Origin: Hormiphora californensis
Lineage: Eukaryota; Animalia; Ctenophora
Assembly (NCBI GenBank): GCA_020137815.1
Contig: CM035350.1
Location: 6,324,001-6,388,000 of the forward strand
DNA: 64,000 nt
Direction of reading: 5' to 3'
Position numbers and translations under genes: made by a program. Positions 48,319-64,000 of this stretch are shown here, one piece after another. How positions within the stretch are numbered: the stretch's first letter is position 1; every line of letters starts with the position of its first letter. The notes beneath the pieces were generated by a model. It saw nothing but the letters and a program-made list of their open reading frames with translations. It was not told where the DNA came from and made no database searches.

Positions 48319-49279
48319 AGAGTTGCATCAGTAGGGGATCTGATTAATACCTTAACCAAGCCACAAACCCACAACACAGACTCTTAATAATATTGATGTT
48401 TATTATTTCATGATCGATATCAGCTTTATTTGTGATCTAAACAAAAGATGCGTTTGAGTTGGTTTGTTGACGGAAGTGTGTCGGAATGATGAGAGAAGCT
48501 GATGAATTAATGCGAACAATATATCATGCTTCCTGCTAAATGCATCCCTCTCTCTCTCTTTTTTTCCTCCTGATTGAGCAATGAGCTCGGCAAAGGCTTC
48601 AGTCTCAAAAGAAAAGCCTCTTTCATCATGACACCACTAAGGGCCCTTGGTGACATTGACACCTAGTGCGACCGATATCGCACATGTGAAGCAGACAGGT
48701 ATCAATGGTACCACTAAGGGCCCTGCCCTATTATCAATATGACCTAGCTGCAGCTGTCGCCTGTAAAACAGCCCTCTCAATAGTCCTAACTTGTGTGGCT
48801 CACACCGCATTTTGTGGTTTCAAGTCCTAACATGCCAATTCACTGGCCTATATTAAAGAACTAAGTTGACACCCAAAGGACCAGACCATACCACACCTCC
48901 ACCGCCATGCCAGGGGTTTGGGAAACAAAGTAACGATAGACGAGTTTTCGATTGTAGTGAATTGCAATGAAGAATAGAAATATGAATGCAAGTTATATAC
49001 AGAAACTTATCTAGAATCACATGACTGTTATCACTAAGACATTAAGACAAGTACTGGGTTATGGGGTGAGGCCTATATGAGGCGTGATACTCATGTATAG
49101 TGGTATTGCTACTACCGTGTCAATACACACTATAACACCTATATGGTAGGTTTTCTCTCTCACAAGAATAGGGGCAAACTCCCTGGGGAACCTCTGCCCT
49201 AACTTCAACCACATACTACGTGGACAGGCGCAGTGGACCAGCCATGTACCCACTGTATGCACGAGGTACGGCTAAGGGA

Positions 49280-49425
49280 CCAGTTACAAAATTTGAAACT
49301 GATGTCAGTTTCAACTCTGCAACTATACCAGCTACAAAATTTGAAACTGATGTCAGTTTCAATTTTGCAACTGGACCAGCTACAAAATTTGAAACTGATG
49401 TCAGTTTCAATTTTGCGCAACTGGA
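49280..49425. repeat. 48-bp tandem repeat x3, each with an internal palindrome
   Basis: CCAG.TACAAAATTTGAAACTGATGTCAGTTTCAA..TGCAACT units at 49280, 49328 and 49376. Confidence 0.9.
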
Positions 49426-49486
49426 GCGTAATGACCACCATCTGACCATCTGACCACCATTTTGATCTCAAAAATCAAAATGCATA

Positions 49487-49778
49487 GGGATCCCTAAAAA
49501 AGTTCAGTATTTACACAGCGTTTACACAGTCTTTACACAGTCGTTACACCCAGAGCGCCCGCGCCGCTCTGGGTGTAAAGACTGCGTCTTTCGCACTCGA
49601 TTTGCAGCGTTTTCGGAAACTTTTTTCGCCGCAGCGCTCAATTTACTCAATTGTGCAGCACACAATCCAATATTTTCTTAGAAAAAGCCGCAAAACGCAG
49701 CACGCGCCGCTCTGGGTGTAACGACTGTGTAAAGACTGTGTAAACGCTGTGTAAATACTGAACTTTTTTAGGGATCCC
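49487..49778. mobile_element. TA-flanked MITE with TIRs of about 70 bp
   Basis: GGGATCCCTAAAAAAGTTCAGTATTTACACAGCG... and its reverse complement at the right end. Confidence 0.85.
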
Positions 49779-49952
49779 TATTGTGAGCCACACAAATTTC
49801 AGGTGGTAGAACAAATAGCACAAAATGGTTCATGGAAGGAAAATAAAAGGTCCACTGGACATTATGTTTTAAAAAGAGTCAAGAGAAAAAGGTAGGGTCC
49901 ACACGAATAGACACATATGACACGTAACTGAGCAAATTATTGTCTCTTTTTC

Positions 49953-53801
<3,849 letters not shown>

Positions 53802-54097
53802 CCCGTCCACACCAGCTATAACAGGGTCGGGGGAAGTGTTAAATTGTGTGTAGGGGCTATAACAGGGTCGGGGGAGTATAGAATTGTGTGTAGAGGGCCG
53901 GGGTATTTGGGGAGTATAGAATTGTGTGTAGAGGGCGCCGGGCGGGGGTATTTGGAGAGTATAGGGTTGAGTGTTGGACATGGGCCAGGAGGGGGAGAGA
54001 AACGAGAAAATCAGTCGCTAAAATTAGTCAAATCTTGACTCAAAAAGCAAACATGGGGGATAAAGAAAATACACAAACACTAACAATATTTATATTA

Positions 54098-55744
54098 CTA
54101 CAACTGGTTCACCATATTTTGAATATTCTGCTTCTCTTCATTAGTCTTATTGTCTTCTCCGTCCCCCAGGCTCTTGAGATACTCCTTCATCACATCTCGG
54201 ATGGGCTCAATTGTCTCTCCCTTTAGGTTTAGAAGTTGTTTTACCCGTTCTGATATTGAACTGATACCAGCTGTGAAGACGCTGAGTATGATGTAATCAA
54301 GTCTTTGGAGGGTGAACAATCCCGCATCAAGTCTCTTCATGTACGCCCTCTCCTCTCTCTCCCCCTCATCTTCCTCATCATCCTCATCTTCATCTTCTAT
54401 CTCTTTATCAGCCTCCCGTACCTTGCCCAGATAATACAAATGCAACTCCACCAGCCGGTCTACCTTGAGGTGATCATCCTCTACAAACTTGTTAACAATA
54501 CGCTGCAGTTGAGATCCACTACAGTTCCGCAGGAGATGGGACACAATCGAGGTGACGTGCTCCACCCACTCCAGCTCAGTGAACCCTCCACGCTTTACTT
54601 TCTTACCGGGGGTTTTCATGAAACAGGGAAAGAGCGACCGTAAACCGTAGACATCCACAAACTTAGCACAACAGTTAATACCCTCATCCCCTTGGAGGGC
54701 GAAGTTGAGCACCTTTAATGCGGGTGGTCTGGACATTTTCTTTTCCCTCAACATGAGCACCATTAATTCCACCCCCTCTCCCTTGAGGAATATTTCCCTG
54801 TTGGCTGGGTGAAGGAGAGAGAGGCACAGGGAATCAAATAGATTGTGTACCATCTCTTGCTCCTCTGATAATTGTGGGTTTCTTCTTTTGTACATAGCAA
54901 GGGCTTGTAGCATCGTATCGATGCCCTCAATTAGACCTAACTCAGCACGGTTAGACGTGGACGATTGGAGGAGTACCGCAAGCAGCTCACTGCAATAAAG
55001 CTTGTTAGGATCGAACGACCTGACTTTTAGCCGGGTTAGGATCCACACCAATAAACCGTGTTTGAACGCTAAATGGGCCAGCTCGGGGTCAGCCTCAACT
55101 AGATTCTCTGCGATCCCCAGGACATTGTGAAGACCCTTCGATTCATCCTCGTTCTTTTCATCCAGTGTATCCAGTACCTGTACCAAGACAGACATTATCT
55201 GACACTTCACCAGAGCCTGGACTAGCACAACACCCTCATCCAGCGCTTCACTGATTATATCAGGATCAGTTAACTCGTGTAACAGGTCTACTACCCCCAA
55301 CACTATATCACTGTTAGTGTGGGTCAACATGGACACTATCAGTTTGATTCCACCTGCTTGGACTAACGTCGGATAGAGATGAGGTTGAGTGGCTAGTACC
55401 ATGCAGTTCCCAATCTCCACGTGAAGCTCGATCTCACTCTCCATAAACCGCTCCGGTTGGTCACTGTGTTTGATCCTTAGCTCCTGATTTTTACCATGTT
55501 TCCGCTCCAAATTACCCACCATCTTCTTGACCGCGGTCTCGTCCATCTCATCGCCTCCCTCCTTATCCTCCTCTAGCTCCATAACCAGGGCCAACCTCTC
55601 CTCGTCTGTCATCTCCTCGTAGGTCTTCCGGACAGGGGCCTCCACCGTCTTCCGCTTCAACATGTGCTCGTAGTCGTCATCCGCATCTACCCCCCTTTTG
55701 AGGGTCCGTGCCGGCTGGAAATCCAGCAGCTCCCCCACGTCCAT
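54098..55744 (-). CDS. CTNNBL1: Beta-catenin-like protein 1 (Prp19 complex), intronless
   Basis: 548-aa ORF with MDVGELLDFQP, NQELRIKH..PERFMESE, NKLYCSELL and YMKRLDAGLFTLQ. Confidence 0.96.
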   Translation of the reverse strand: MDVGELLDFQPARTLKRGVDADDDYEHMLKRKTVEAPVRKTYEEMTDEERLALVMELEEDKEGGDEMDETAVKKMVGNLERKHGKNQELRIKHSDQPERFMESEIELHVEIGNCMVLATQPHLYPTLVQAGGIKLIVSMLTHTNSDIVLGVVDLLHELTDPDIISEALDEGVVLVQALVKCQIMSVLVQVLDTLDEKNEDESKGLHNVLGIAENLVEADPELAHLAFKHGLLVWILTRLKVRSFDPNKLYCSELLAVLLQSSTSNRAELGLIEGIDTMLQALAMYKRRNPQLSEEQEMVHNLFDSLCLSLLHPANREIFLKGEGVELMVLMLREKKMSRPPALKVLNFALQGDEGINCCAKFVDVYGLRSLFPCFMKTPGKKVKRGGFTELEWVEHVTSIVSHLLRNCSGSQLQRIVNKFVEDDHLKVDRLVELHLYYLGKVREADKEIEDEDEDDEEDEGEREERAYMKRLDAGLFTLQRLDYIILSVFTAGISSISERVKQLLNLKGETIEPIRDVMKEYLKSLGDGEDNKTNEEKQNIQNMVNQL

Positions 55745-56054
55745 CTTCTGGAGAAAATAGGGCCGGGGTTGTGTTAGGGCCGGGGTTGTGTTAAGGAGAG
55801 GGTTGTGTTAGGGAGGGGGTGGATTAGATTGCGGGTTAGTGAGACGGGTATATGTTATTGGCTCAGGTTAAGTGGTGGGTAAGTTCTAACGAACCACGTA
55901 CGATACAAAAAACAGATACAATTAGAGTTGTTGTTGTTGTTAAAAGTTCAATAACTTAGTCACCCTGACATGAAACACACTAGCTAAAAACAGGTCAATA
56001 AATTAATCAAAACACACCCCTACTATTTAAAGTACAAGCTGCCTCTTAACACGA

Positions 56055-58046
56055 CTAGAATGAGGGGTAATGATTGAGTCTGTAGAGAAGTGCTTGTCCC
56101 TTGCTGCTCCCAACTCCGATGTATCCAGAGTTCGGTGAAAAGTTTACAGAGTTGACGTAGTTCAGGGGCGTCTTGCCAGTGGGCCAGTTAGGTACACAGT
56201 GAAGAGAGTGAAGGTTCACCAGTCTCAGGGCTTGTTTCACCTCCTAGTGGGAGGAGAATATATTAGATGAGCTGTGAAGCAGCAATTTTGGGGGGGTCTA
56301 CAGCGAGTTTTGACAGTCAAAACTGTTAGAGAGTCTCCTTTTATTTTACAGAACAACTGAATATACAAACCTTGCTTGATATAGCGAGTAATTCTCCGGT
56401 TGAGTTAAAAGTAACGCTGCCCACACTTGTAGTTAGGTTCATTACCGCCCGGAGAGGGGTAGCAGATCGCTGGAGAAGTTCATCCCGGTTATAGATGTTA
56501 ACCACGCCACTATCGCTCCCTACTGCTAGATGTCGGTCTGATAAACCCACTGCTGTACAATGTAACGCTCCCTCGTCCTGGGGTGAGTGAGGGTGTTAGT
56601 TTTTCACGGGGAAAACTGTAATTAATTAACTAATTAGTAGTGCAATTACCTGAAAACACTATAGTTAGTTAATTATCTAATTAGTGCAATTGCCTGAAAA
56701 CAATGTAATTAGTTAATTATCTAATTAGTGCAATTACCTGAAAACAATGTAATTAGTTAATTATCTAATTAGTGCAATTACCTGAAAGTCACTGATTGGT
56801 TTCCATGTCCTTGTGTCCCAATAAGTAAGGAAACCTCCCTGACCGCCCGTCACAAAATGATGCTCGTCCACAAACATGCTGCAGTTGATCCTGGTCCTGT
56901 GTGTCACACACTTCACGATTTGTTTGTCAATAGCACTAAACAAGGCAAACATCCCATCCTGGCCCTGGAAACCAATGTACTGGGAGGACAGTGAAAAGTT
57001 CTTGTAATGTAGGGAGGGCTTGTTTCGTACCCCAGCCATCTTCGTGCCTGTACACTTGTTCAGGTCGAACGTGTAAAAGTGGGGCCGTTTGGAGCCCAGG
57101 ATCACCTCCTCGCCCCCTGATTTGGTGAACCGAGCACAGTCGATTGGGAAATTCGGAAAGTGTTGGCGATGGAGGTGCCTGTTGTTCTCTCCATCAACCT
57201 CAAATAAATCTAAAGACTTTGAGTATCCTGCCACAAATCCCACCGTGGCAGAGGGGTGAAATTCCAGGGACTTGATTACACAGTTCGCTGCCTTTCGGAA
57301 GTTCAAGTTTTTACACCGGCTGACAGCTAGTTTTTTGGTCGGAAGAGTCTTGCTGGTCTGTGTGAGGGATCCAGTAGATGCGAGAAGGGCTGATTGTTGT
57401 TTGGGCTTTGTGGCCCAGTTAGGTGTCGCATGGATCTTGGTGTACTGAGGTGGGGATAATGATTAGAACGGTGTCATCTCAAAACATCTCAATCATATTA
57501 TATCAGAACACGGTATATCAAACGCGATTATTGTACCTGATTTCTTAGTCGTTCCTCCAGTTGCCGCCCTGTTAGTGTCTTATTCTCATCTACGATCTTT
57601 AGCTTTTTGGTGATGTTGCTATCCCCTAACTCAACCTCCCTTTCTCCCTCATCCTCGTCGCACCATACTGGCCTCTTCTCTCCTCTATCTATCACAAACA
57701 GTTCCTCCTCCCCTGCTTCTCCGTCTGTGGGGTGTGTCAAGTAAACTGGAAAAAAAGATAAACATAAAGGGGTAGAATTTGGTGATGAAATCCCCTATTA
57801 TGTTCGCAGGCTTCGTTTAGCCGCGCTGCGTGCAGCTACAGTGTAGGGGTGACCGCGTCACCAAGGGTAAAATAAGAAATAAGATTTACCTTGGAATTTA
57901 GACTCAAGCTGACCAAACAACTCCTCAGTCAATTCAGCTTCTTCATCCTCCCCCTCCTCTCTGGGGGCTGGTACTGCAGTGGTCTGTTTAGTATCGATCA
58001 TAAACAGATCCCTGTCCGCCACATCTTCTATTCGACCACCCAACAT
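56055..58046 (-). CDS. UTP18: U3 snoRNA-associated protein 18 (WD40)
   Basis: Five exons with PVWCDEDE, FEVDGENN, LAVGSDSGVVNIY, MNLTTSV, ALRLVNL..NWP and FSPNSGY..GQALLYRLNHY. Confidence 0.92.
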
Positions 58047-58283
58047 TCTGTGCTAAACAAGAGAGAGAAGGATCAATTATTTGTAATATTCATCTACTTG
58101 GTCGGTGGTATTAGTCTTGGAGATAAAATGTGAGAGAGAAAATACAAACAGCGATATATCGAACTTTTTTAAAAAATAAAATTGAGCAGAAGGGTTTATG
58201 ATTACATTTTGGACACACTCTGCTCTGCACTACATATTGGTAGAAATAACTGCCGTTTCCACACACACACATACTGACAATTA

Positions 58284-59066
58284 GTAGGGTCGATAACTAC
58301 ATCGACCTCTCCCAATTGTTCCAGTTTTTGTTACATCTGTTTGGAGCCTCGACACGACCTCTAAACAGGTGTTACTTTTTCACCAACTGTTTTCATCTTG
58401 GTGTAATCAGCAGTTGAAATGTTGCTGATCATAACAAAAACCGAACTATTTTTTTTCAACTTGGGGTAAAACCATGGGTGTCAAAAGTTAGCTCTAGGTC
58501 CCCTGAGTAACCATCCGGAGACTCTAAGAGATATTTCAAGCCGTTCTCCTGTAATCATTAATCCCGGTAGAGCACATATTTGAGTATGGACGTACGTGCA
58601 TACTGCCTACTACCCCTATCTTTAATTTATACGTTATTGTAGCAATCTCTCCTCGCGTGCTCTCTTTTCTGAAGATCCCCCTTTCCCCTTCTAAAGTTAC
58701 AAAAGAGAGCACGCGAAGAGAGATTGCTACAATAACGTATAAATTAAAGATAGGGGTAGTAGGCAGTATGCACGTACTCAAATATGTGCTCTACCGGGAT
58801 TAATGATTACAGGAGAACGGCTTGAAATATCTCTTAGAGTCTCCGGATGGTTACTCAGGGGACCTAGAGCTAACTTTTGACACCCATGGTTTTACCCCAA
58901 GTTGGAAAAAAATAGTTATGATCAGCAATATTTCAACTGCTGATTACACCAAGATGAAAACAGTTTGTGAAAAAGTAACACCTGTTTAGAGGTCGTGTCG
59001 AGGCTCCACACAGATGTGACAAAAACTGGAACAATTGGGAGAGGTCGATGTAGTTATCGACTCTAC
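58284..59066. mobile_element. TA-flanked foldback MITE, about 780 bp, near-perfect palindrome
   Basis: GTAGGGTCGATAACTACATCGACCTCTCCC ... GGGAGAGGTCGATGTAGTTATCGACTCTAC; arms pair up to a loop of about 30 nt near 58670-58700. Confidence 0.9.
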
Positions 59067-59103
59067 TAAATCACACACTGTCTGAATGAGGGGGGGGGGG
59101 TGT

Positions 59104-61194
59104 CTAGGAGGAAGCACCGCCCCTACTACCACCCCTACCTCCTCCTCCGCGGGTATTTCCACCCCTTCCACCTCTCATACCGGCACCACCACGGCTGTTA
59201 TTATATCCACCACCACCTCCCCTGCCGCCACCTCCTCGACCTCCCTGGTAACCACCTGAGTTGTTGTTGCCTTGATAACCACTTGATGTGTTATTGCCCT
59301 GGTAACCACTTGATGTGTTGTTACCGCCCTGGTAACCACTTGAAGTGTTATTGCCTTGGTAACCACCTCCCCGGTTACCTTGGTATCCACCCGTATTACC
59401 ACCACTCTGGTAACCGCTGGATTGGTTACCACCTTGGTTACCACCTTGGTATCCTTGGTTACCACCTTGATATCCTTGATTACCTTGGTTACCACCTGCC
59501 TGATAACCACTTTGACCACCTGCCTGGTAACCACTCTGACCACCACTCTGGTAACCACTCTGCTGGTTACCTTGGTTACCACTGGTACTATCATATGACC
59601 CTCCTCCTCCTCCTACATTATTACCATACCCTCCCGAAGTGTTACCCCTGTTGGCACTAGCGCCGTATTGTTGGATTGGTATGGAGCTATTGTTGGCTGC
59701 GTTGGTGTATGAGTTACTGCTGGGGTATCCAGAGGAGCCAGTATTGTTGTTGTTGCTGTTATAACCTCCTCCCCTTCCACCTCCACCACGGGAGTTGTTC
59801 TGAAGAATAAATACAATCAATATTATATCTAGAACTGAGCATTTGAATATGATTTCAAAATGAATAGTTCCAATGAATCAATGTTCATCTAATTTACCTG
59901 TCCGCCCCTGGAGTTGTTGTTGTAGCTGTTACCTCCACCATAACTATTGTTATTCCCTGCTCCGAAACTCTTGTTTCCACCCCCAAAGCTGCTGTTAAAG
60001 CTGGAATTGAAGCTGGAATTGTTTCCACCACCCCCACCTGTGGTGGGAGGGGCAGCACCGTCACCACCACCACCACCATAGAAATCATAGTCTAGGTTCT
60101 TATCTGTTCCTCCATTCGTCATGTTGGCTGCCATATCGACAATCTGGGGGTGAGGAGGGGTTCGTATGGGGGTAGAGATCAGAGGATAGGGGACAATCTG
60201 GGGAGTGGGGGTGGGTTTAGGTAGAGGATAGGGGACAATCTCGATTCTGGGGGTGGGATAGTGTGGGGTAGAGGGGATAAGGGGGTGGGATGGGACTATC
60301 ACTAACCATTAGGAAACTAGGTGTAATCTGTTAAATACCTCCTATTATTAGGAACTAAACTTACATCACACGTTGCATCCATAATGTTATCAAGGTTGCC
60401 AGTGTTAGAGGAAATGGTGACAGTCCTCTCATCAAGACCCTGAATAATCTCGTCCCTGGACATGACCTTAACAAACACGTTAAAGGACTCCTTCAACCTG
60501 ATAACATTCTCCCCTCCCTTTCCGATGGTCTTGCCCGCGGCATTTGATCCAATAATGATCTTACAACACTTTTTCCTTTGGTCATCAACAGAGGGGCCTC
60601 TCTTGGCGTTATCGTTGGTTATCTTGTCCTGGATGACTCGGAGGGCCCGGTTAACATTACCCGCCTCACCCTCCACGTAACAGGGCCTGTCGGTAGTGTT
60701 GGGGAAGTATTTGTTGTTTTGGGAGATCTTTACGAAGCAGGACGTGTCCTCCTTCAACTTCTTCATCTCCTCTCCTCCTCGGCCAATGACTGCCCCGACC
60801 AGCGGGTTGGGGATCAGGATCTTAATGCCAAACATACCCGGGCCTCGCTGGTGCTACGGGAAGGGGAAGATGATTATATGGGAATATGAGGGATAGTGCT
60901 GCGGGAAAGGGAGGGATAAGGGATTGGGGGAAGGAAGGGGGTATTTTTAAGAAACTGGGACAGAAAAAGAACAGCGTATAATTTGGTTAAAAGTACCTTG
61001 TTGAAGCCCTGGTCACCAGCGACATCTCCATCAGTTCTCCAGGAGCGCTTCTTGTTGTCATCGTACCCTCCCCGGGGGTTGTTGTGGCTACTGTTCTCAC
61101 CCAGATCGGTCATTTTGGCTTCCTTCTCGGGGATAGGTACAATCGTCAGATCACGAGGGTGTTCACGGGCGTGAGGTGTATCGGCTTGAGACAT
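59104..61194 (-). CDS. Nova/Pasilla-like KH-domain RNA-binding protein with G/N/Q/Y-rich and RGG tail
   Basis: Exons about 61194-60998, 60853-60365, 60143-59898 and 59799-59104. KH motifs VGAVIGRGG..KISQNNKYFPNTTDR and AGKTIGKGG..GLDERTVTIS. Confidence 0.85.
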
Positions 61195-63618
61195 GTTTGG
61201 GGGTCGCTGTGTGTATGTGAGTTTGGAGTTATATACCATGGTTTGTACTGTGTAATTGAAGGTGGCATAATTGCATACATAGTCGTGCACACACACGGAC
61301 ACAAACTTACAGACAGAAAGTTGTCCGAACATGAGACAGACTGTTTTTACTCTTTTCTAGCTCATGGATAATCTTAGTTCAAACGTGCCACTTGAAAGGG
61401 GATTCAACTTGACCGGGAAGCAAATTATTAACAAGAGTTTCTCAACGGCACTCAGTCTCTACTTGTCAAAGCCCATTACTAATGGTTCTCAAACACGGTT
61501 CTTATATCTAATCCGCCTCAATACCAACTGACTCGGTTGCTCACTGACTCACTTAAATACACAATGCCATTTAGCTCTGTGAGCGTATGGTTAGGAAAAG
61601 GTGAATAAAATTCATTCATACATAATACTGTTCATTATACATATTCGATAAACTAAAACTCATGAAGTGCTCAGTAATTGTGCAATCTTCTTAAATTGAA
61701 ACAAACCATGAATCTGATCAGAGGGAAAAGAGAAAAGGAGAGTGAAAGGAGAATTATTTTAGAATTATACTGGTGAAAGTGGAGGGTGGTACCAACCCAT
61801 CCCTCATGTGAACATCTTACTAAGCTTTAGAAAGTGGCATTTTTGTTTGAATTTGTATCACGTTGCTTCCTAAAGAAATTTCTCAGAGAAATCGTTTATT
61901 CCAAAATAAAAAACATTATGCTCCTTCTATTAGACACGCATGTTCTAGCGGCTAGCCCTAAAATGGTAGAGCTCAGGCCTCAGAGTGGTTCTGGGTTTTG
62001 AACGGCGAACCTCAAATTTTATCGACGCAATGTCACTTTCGAATCCTTCCTATTAAATAGGGCATTATCTAAGATGACTGCTTTGTAGCCATCGGTAGTC
62101 ATCGAAGTTAAAGCTTATTAGCAAACTTGTAGAAAGGAGTCAGAGAAGGAGATATTGAGAAAATAAACTTGTCTCATGGTGCAAATTACACATGAGTCTC
62201 TCATAATGATACATTATCGATTCAGTAGGTGCAGTTCGTTGCTCTCCCTGTATGCTGTACACTGAAAAGAATATTCGGGTATGATGTTTACTGTGGAGTT
62301 AGAAGAGTAGCTTGGATATATCATATACTTTTAGTTAGTTCAGATATCTTTTCGTCTCGTGTGAAAAATAAAATGCTGTTACTAACCCACATGAAGCCTC
62401 TGTAGTACAATTCATTCAGGAATTATCGATCCTTTAAACGTGTTAGTGTTATTATTGATGTAAGCTATTTCTTGCAATGAAAATGCTGTGTAAACTTCAT
62501 GGATCAAATTTAGATTTCGACTAATTGAATTGGTCTCAGAGAGTGATTTGATGTAGTGTTAAAATTCGAATATGGGTTTGCAAGAATTGGAGGATTTGTG
62601 ACATTAAACTTACCTTGTACATCAGAACTAGCTATTTTCGAATTTTCTTTTTCTGAGTTTCCACGCCATTTTACCAGACTTAAGTTTGATTTTCATCAGC
62701 GGTTGGATAATTGACATTGCCTTCTGGGGTAAAAGGGTCCGCCAGAGAGTTACATGAACATTCATTGGCTGAAAGAGGTCGCTAAGTCGAATACCGAAAT
62801 AACGACGAGAAAGTCAGAAAAAGACGAAATTCCAAAAAAAAATTCAAAATTACAAAATGAAAAGTTTGTAAAAAACCCGCGCGCGGCGGCGCTACGCGAT
62901 TAAATGCGTCGCTTACATTGAATTGATTCGCGCTTTACAAAACTTGCCGACTTGACCTGAGATTCCTGGAAATTCAGGATTTCCCCTTTGTAAATACACG
63001 CGCAATGCGCCAAATTCCAAGAATTACGGGTCAAGTCGCTTGAAAAGGAAAAAGAGTAGAGCTGATTAAAATTACTTCTTGCTGCTTTTTTTCAGCCAAA
63101 ATCTAAAATTCAAAATCAAAAGTGGAGAGAAGAGTTGGAAGTGTTTATTATATGTTTTCTGAGTGTCCTAGACCGCGTCGTGGGCGGCGCGGCACTTTGC
63201 AGTTTGCGGTCGGCCAGTATGACGGAGCAGTGAGCACACTGTTAAAATCCGTGTAGTTATCGGGAAAAGTGTGTAAGGGAAATTTTAAAGCTCAAATGAA
63301 ACTTTACTTGGGACTAAATTCTTGCTAACCTCAGGTCACACACGTCTAGGGCATATAATTCCGAAATCCGATCTACAATTTCCTCCCCATCCGCCATCGT
63401 TACAGGAGGGGTAGTGACGGAGTTCGAAGTTTGTCACCGAAAGAGCATATGTGGTAAAGTGCGTTTCAAACGACTTGACCTGAGATTCCTGGAAATTCAG
63501 GATTTCCCCTTTGTAAATACACGCGCAATGCGCCAAATTCCAAGAATTACGGGTCAAGTCGCTTGAAACGGACTTTAGTTCAGGTCGGTGATCAATACAT
63601 CTGTACAGCTTGAGTTTT

Positions 63619-63900
63619 CTAAAAGTCGTCAATGTGGTGTTCCAAGCTACTTTCATAAGTATCCCTTAGCTTTTGTCTCACGAAAGGGACTCCAAACTCG
63701 CGGGACGCGGTTCCCCTCGTGCTCCCAGTAGTGGGTTCTCTGCCACTAATCGAGTCATGCGCTCTTCTTGGAATCGATCGAAATTTCTTCTCAGGGGTAC
63801 TGGAAAGGGGAGAGTTGGTTCCACTTGTCAGTGATCCAATCCTTGTACTTTTGGAGTGAGGGGGATCAGATCCCTCAAATGTAATCCAATCCCGGAGCAA
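63619..63900 (-). CDS. Possible terminal coding exon of a gene outside the window
   Basis: 93-codon Ser/Thr-rich open frame; no homology recognised and no clear acceptor. Confidence 0.2.
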   Translation of the reverse strand: MLRDWITFEGSDPPHSKSTRIGSLTSGTNSPLSSTPEKKFRSIPRRAHDSISGREPTTGSTRGTASREFGVPFVRQKLRDTYESSLEHHIDDF

Positions 63901-64000
63901 AGGAGTGTGTGTGTGACATGTGACCCAAGATATGGTAGTAGAATGGAATGCGTGAGCACAAAACCCTTGTTGTATCGTTATTAGCTAACTGCAGTTATAT

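Noticed and set aside
49280-49425. CRISPR-like palindromic repeats
   Set aside because: The spacers are near-identical, there are no cas genes, and the context is eukaryotic.

Overview
Gene-dense eukaryotic (animal) genomic DNA with short GT-AG introns, many AG microsatellites and small transposon-derived palindromes. The compact layout and divergent proteins suggest a non-bilaterian such as a ctenophore, but this is inference. Recognisable genes: a coiled-coil protein (3' part), a Caskin-like ANK-SH3 adaptor, ATP synthase subunit c, a Lark/RBM4-type RRM-RS protein, MINDY3, an intronless DEG/ENaC channel, Rieske UQCRFS1, a receptor-type PTP with a dead catalytic motif, Ctr1 copper transporter, a Ly6-like fragment, a 4-EF-hand protein, DHX15, CTNNBL1, UTP18 and a Nova-like KH protein. 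Most striking patterns: (1) intronic tandem repeats anchored at splice junctions that re-copy donors, acceptors, branch points and exon ends in most genes; (2) co-oriented gene runs about 0.3 kb apart with an AG acceptor just before each ATG (operon/trans-splicing-like), including an all-RNA-processing run with a roughly 780-bp hairpin between two members; (3) a minimal hammerhead-ribozyme-like motif in an intron; (4) a minisatellite continuing as an A-to-C converted copy, probably a sequencing artefact. Several stretches are noisy and apparent frameshifts may be assembly errors. Exon coordinates were read by eye.
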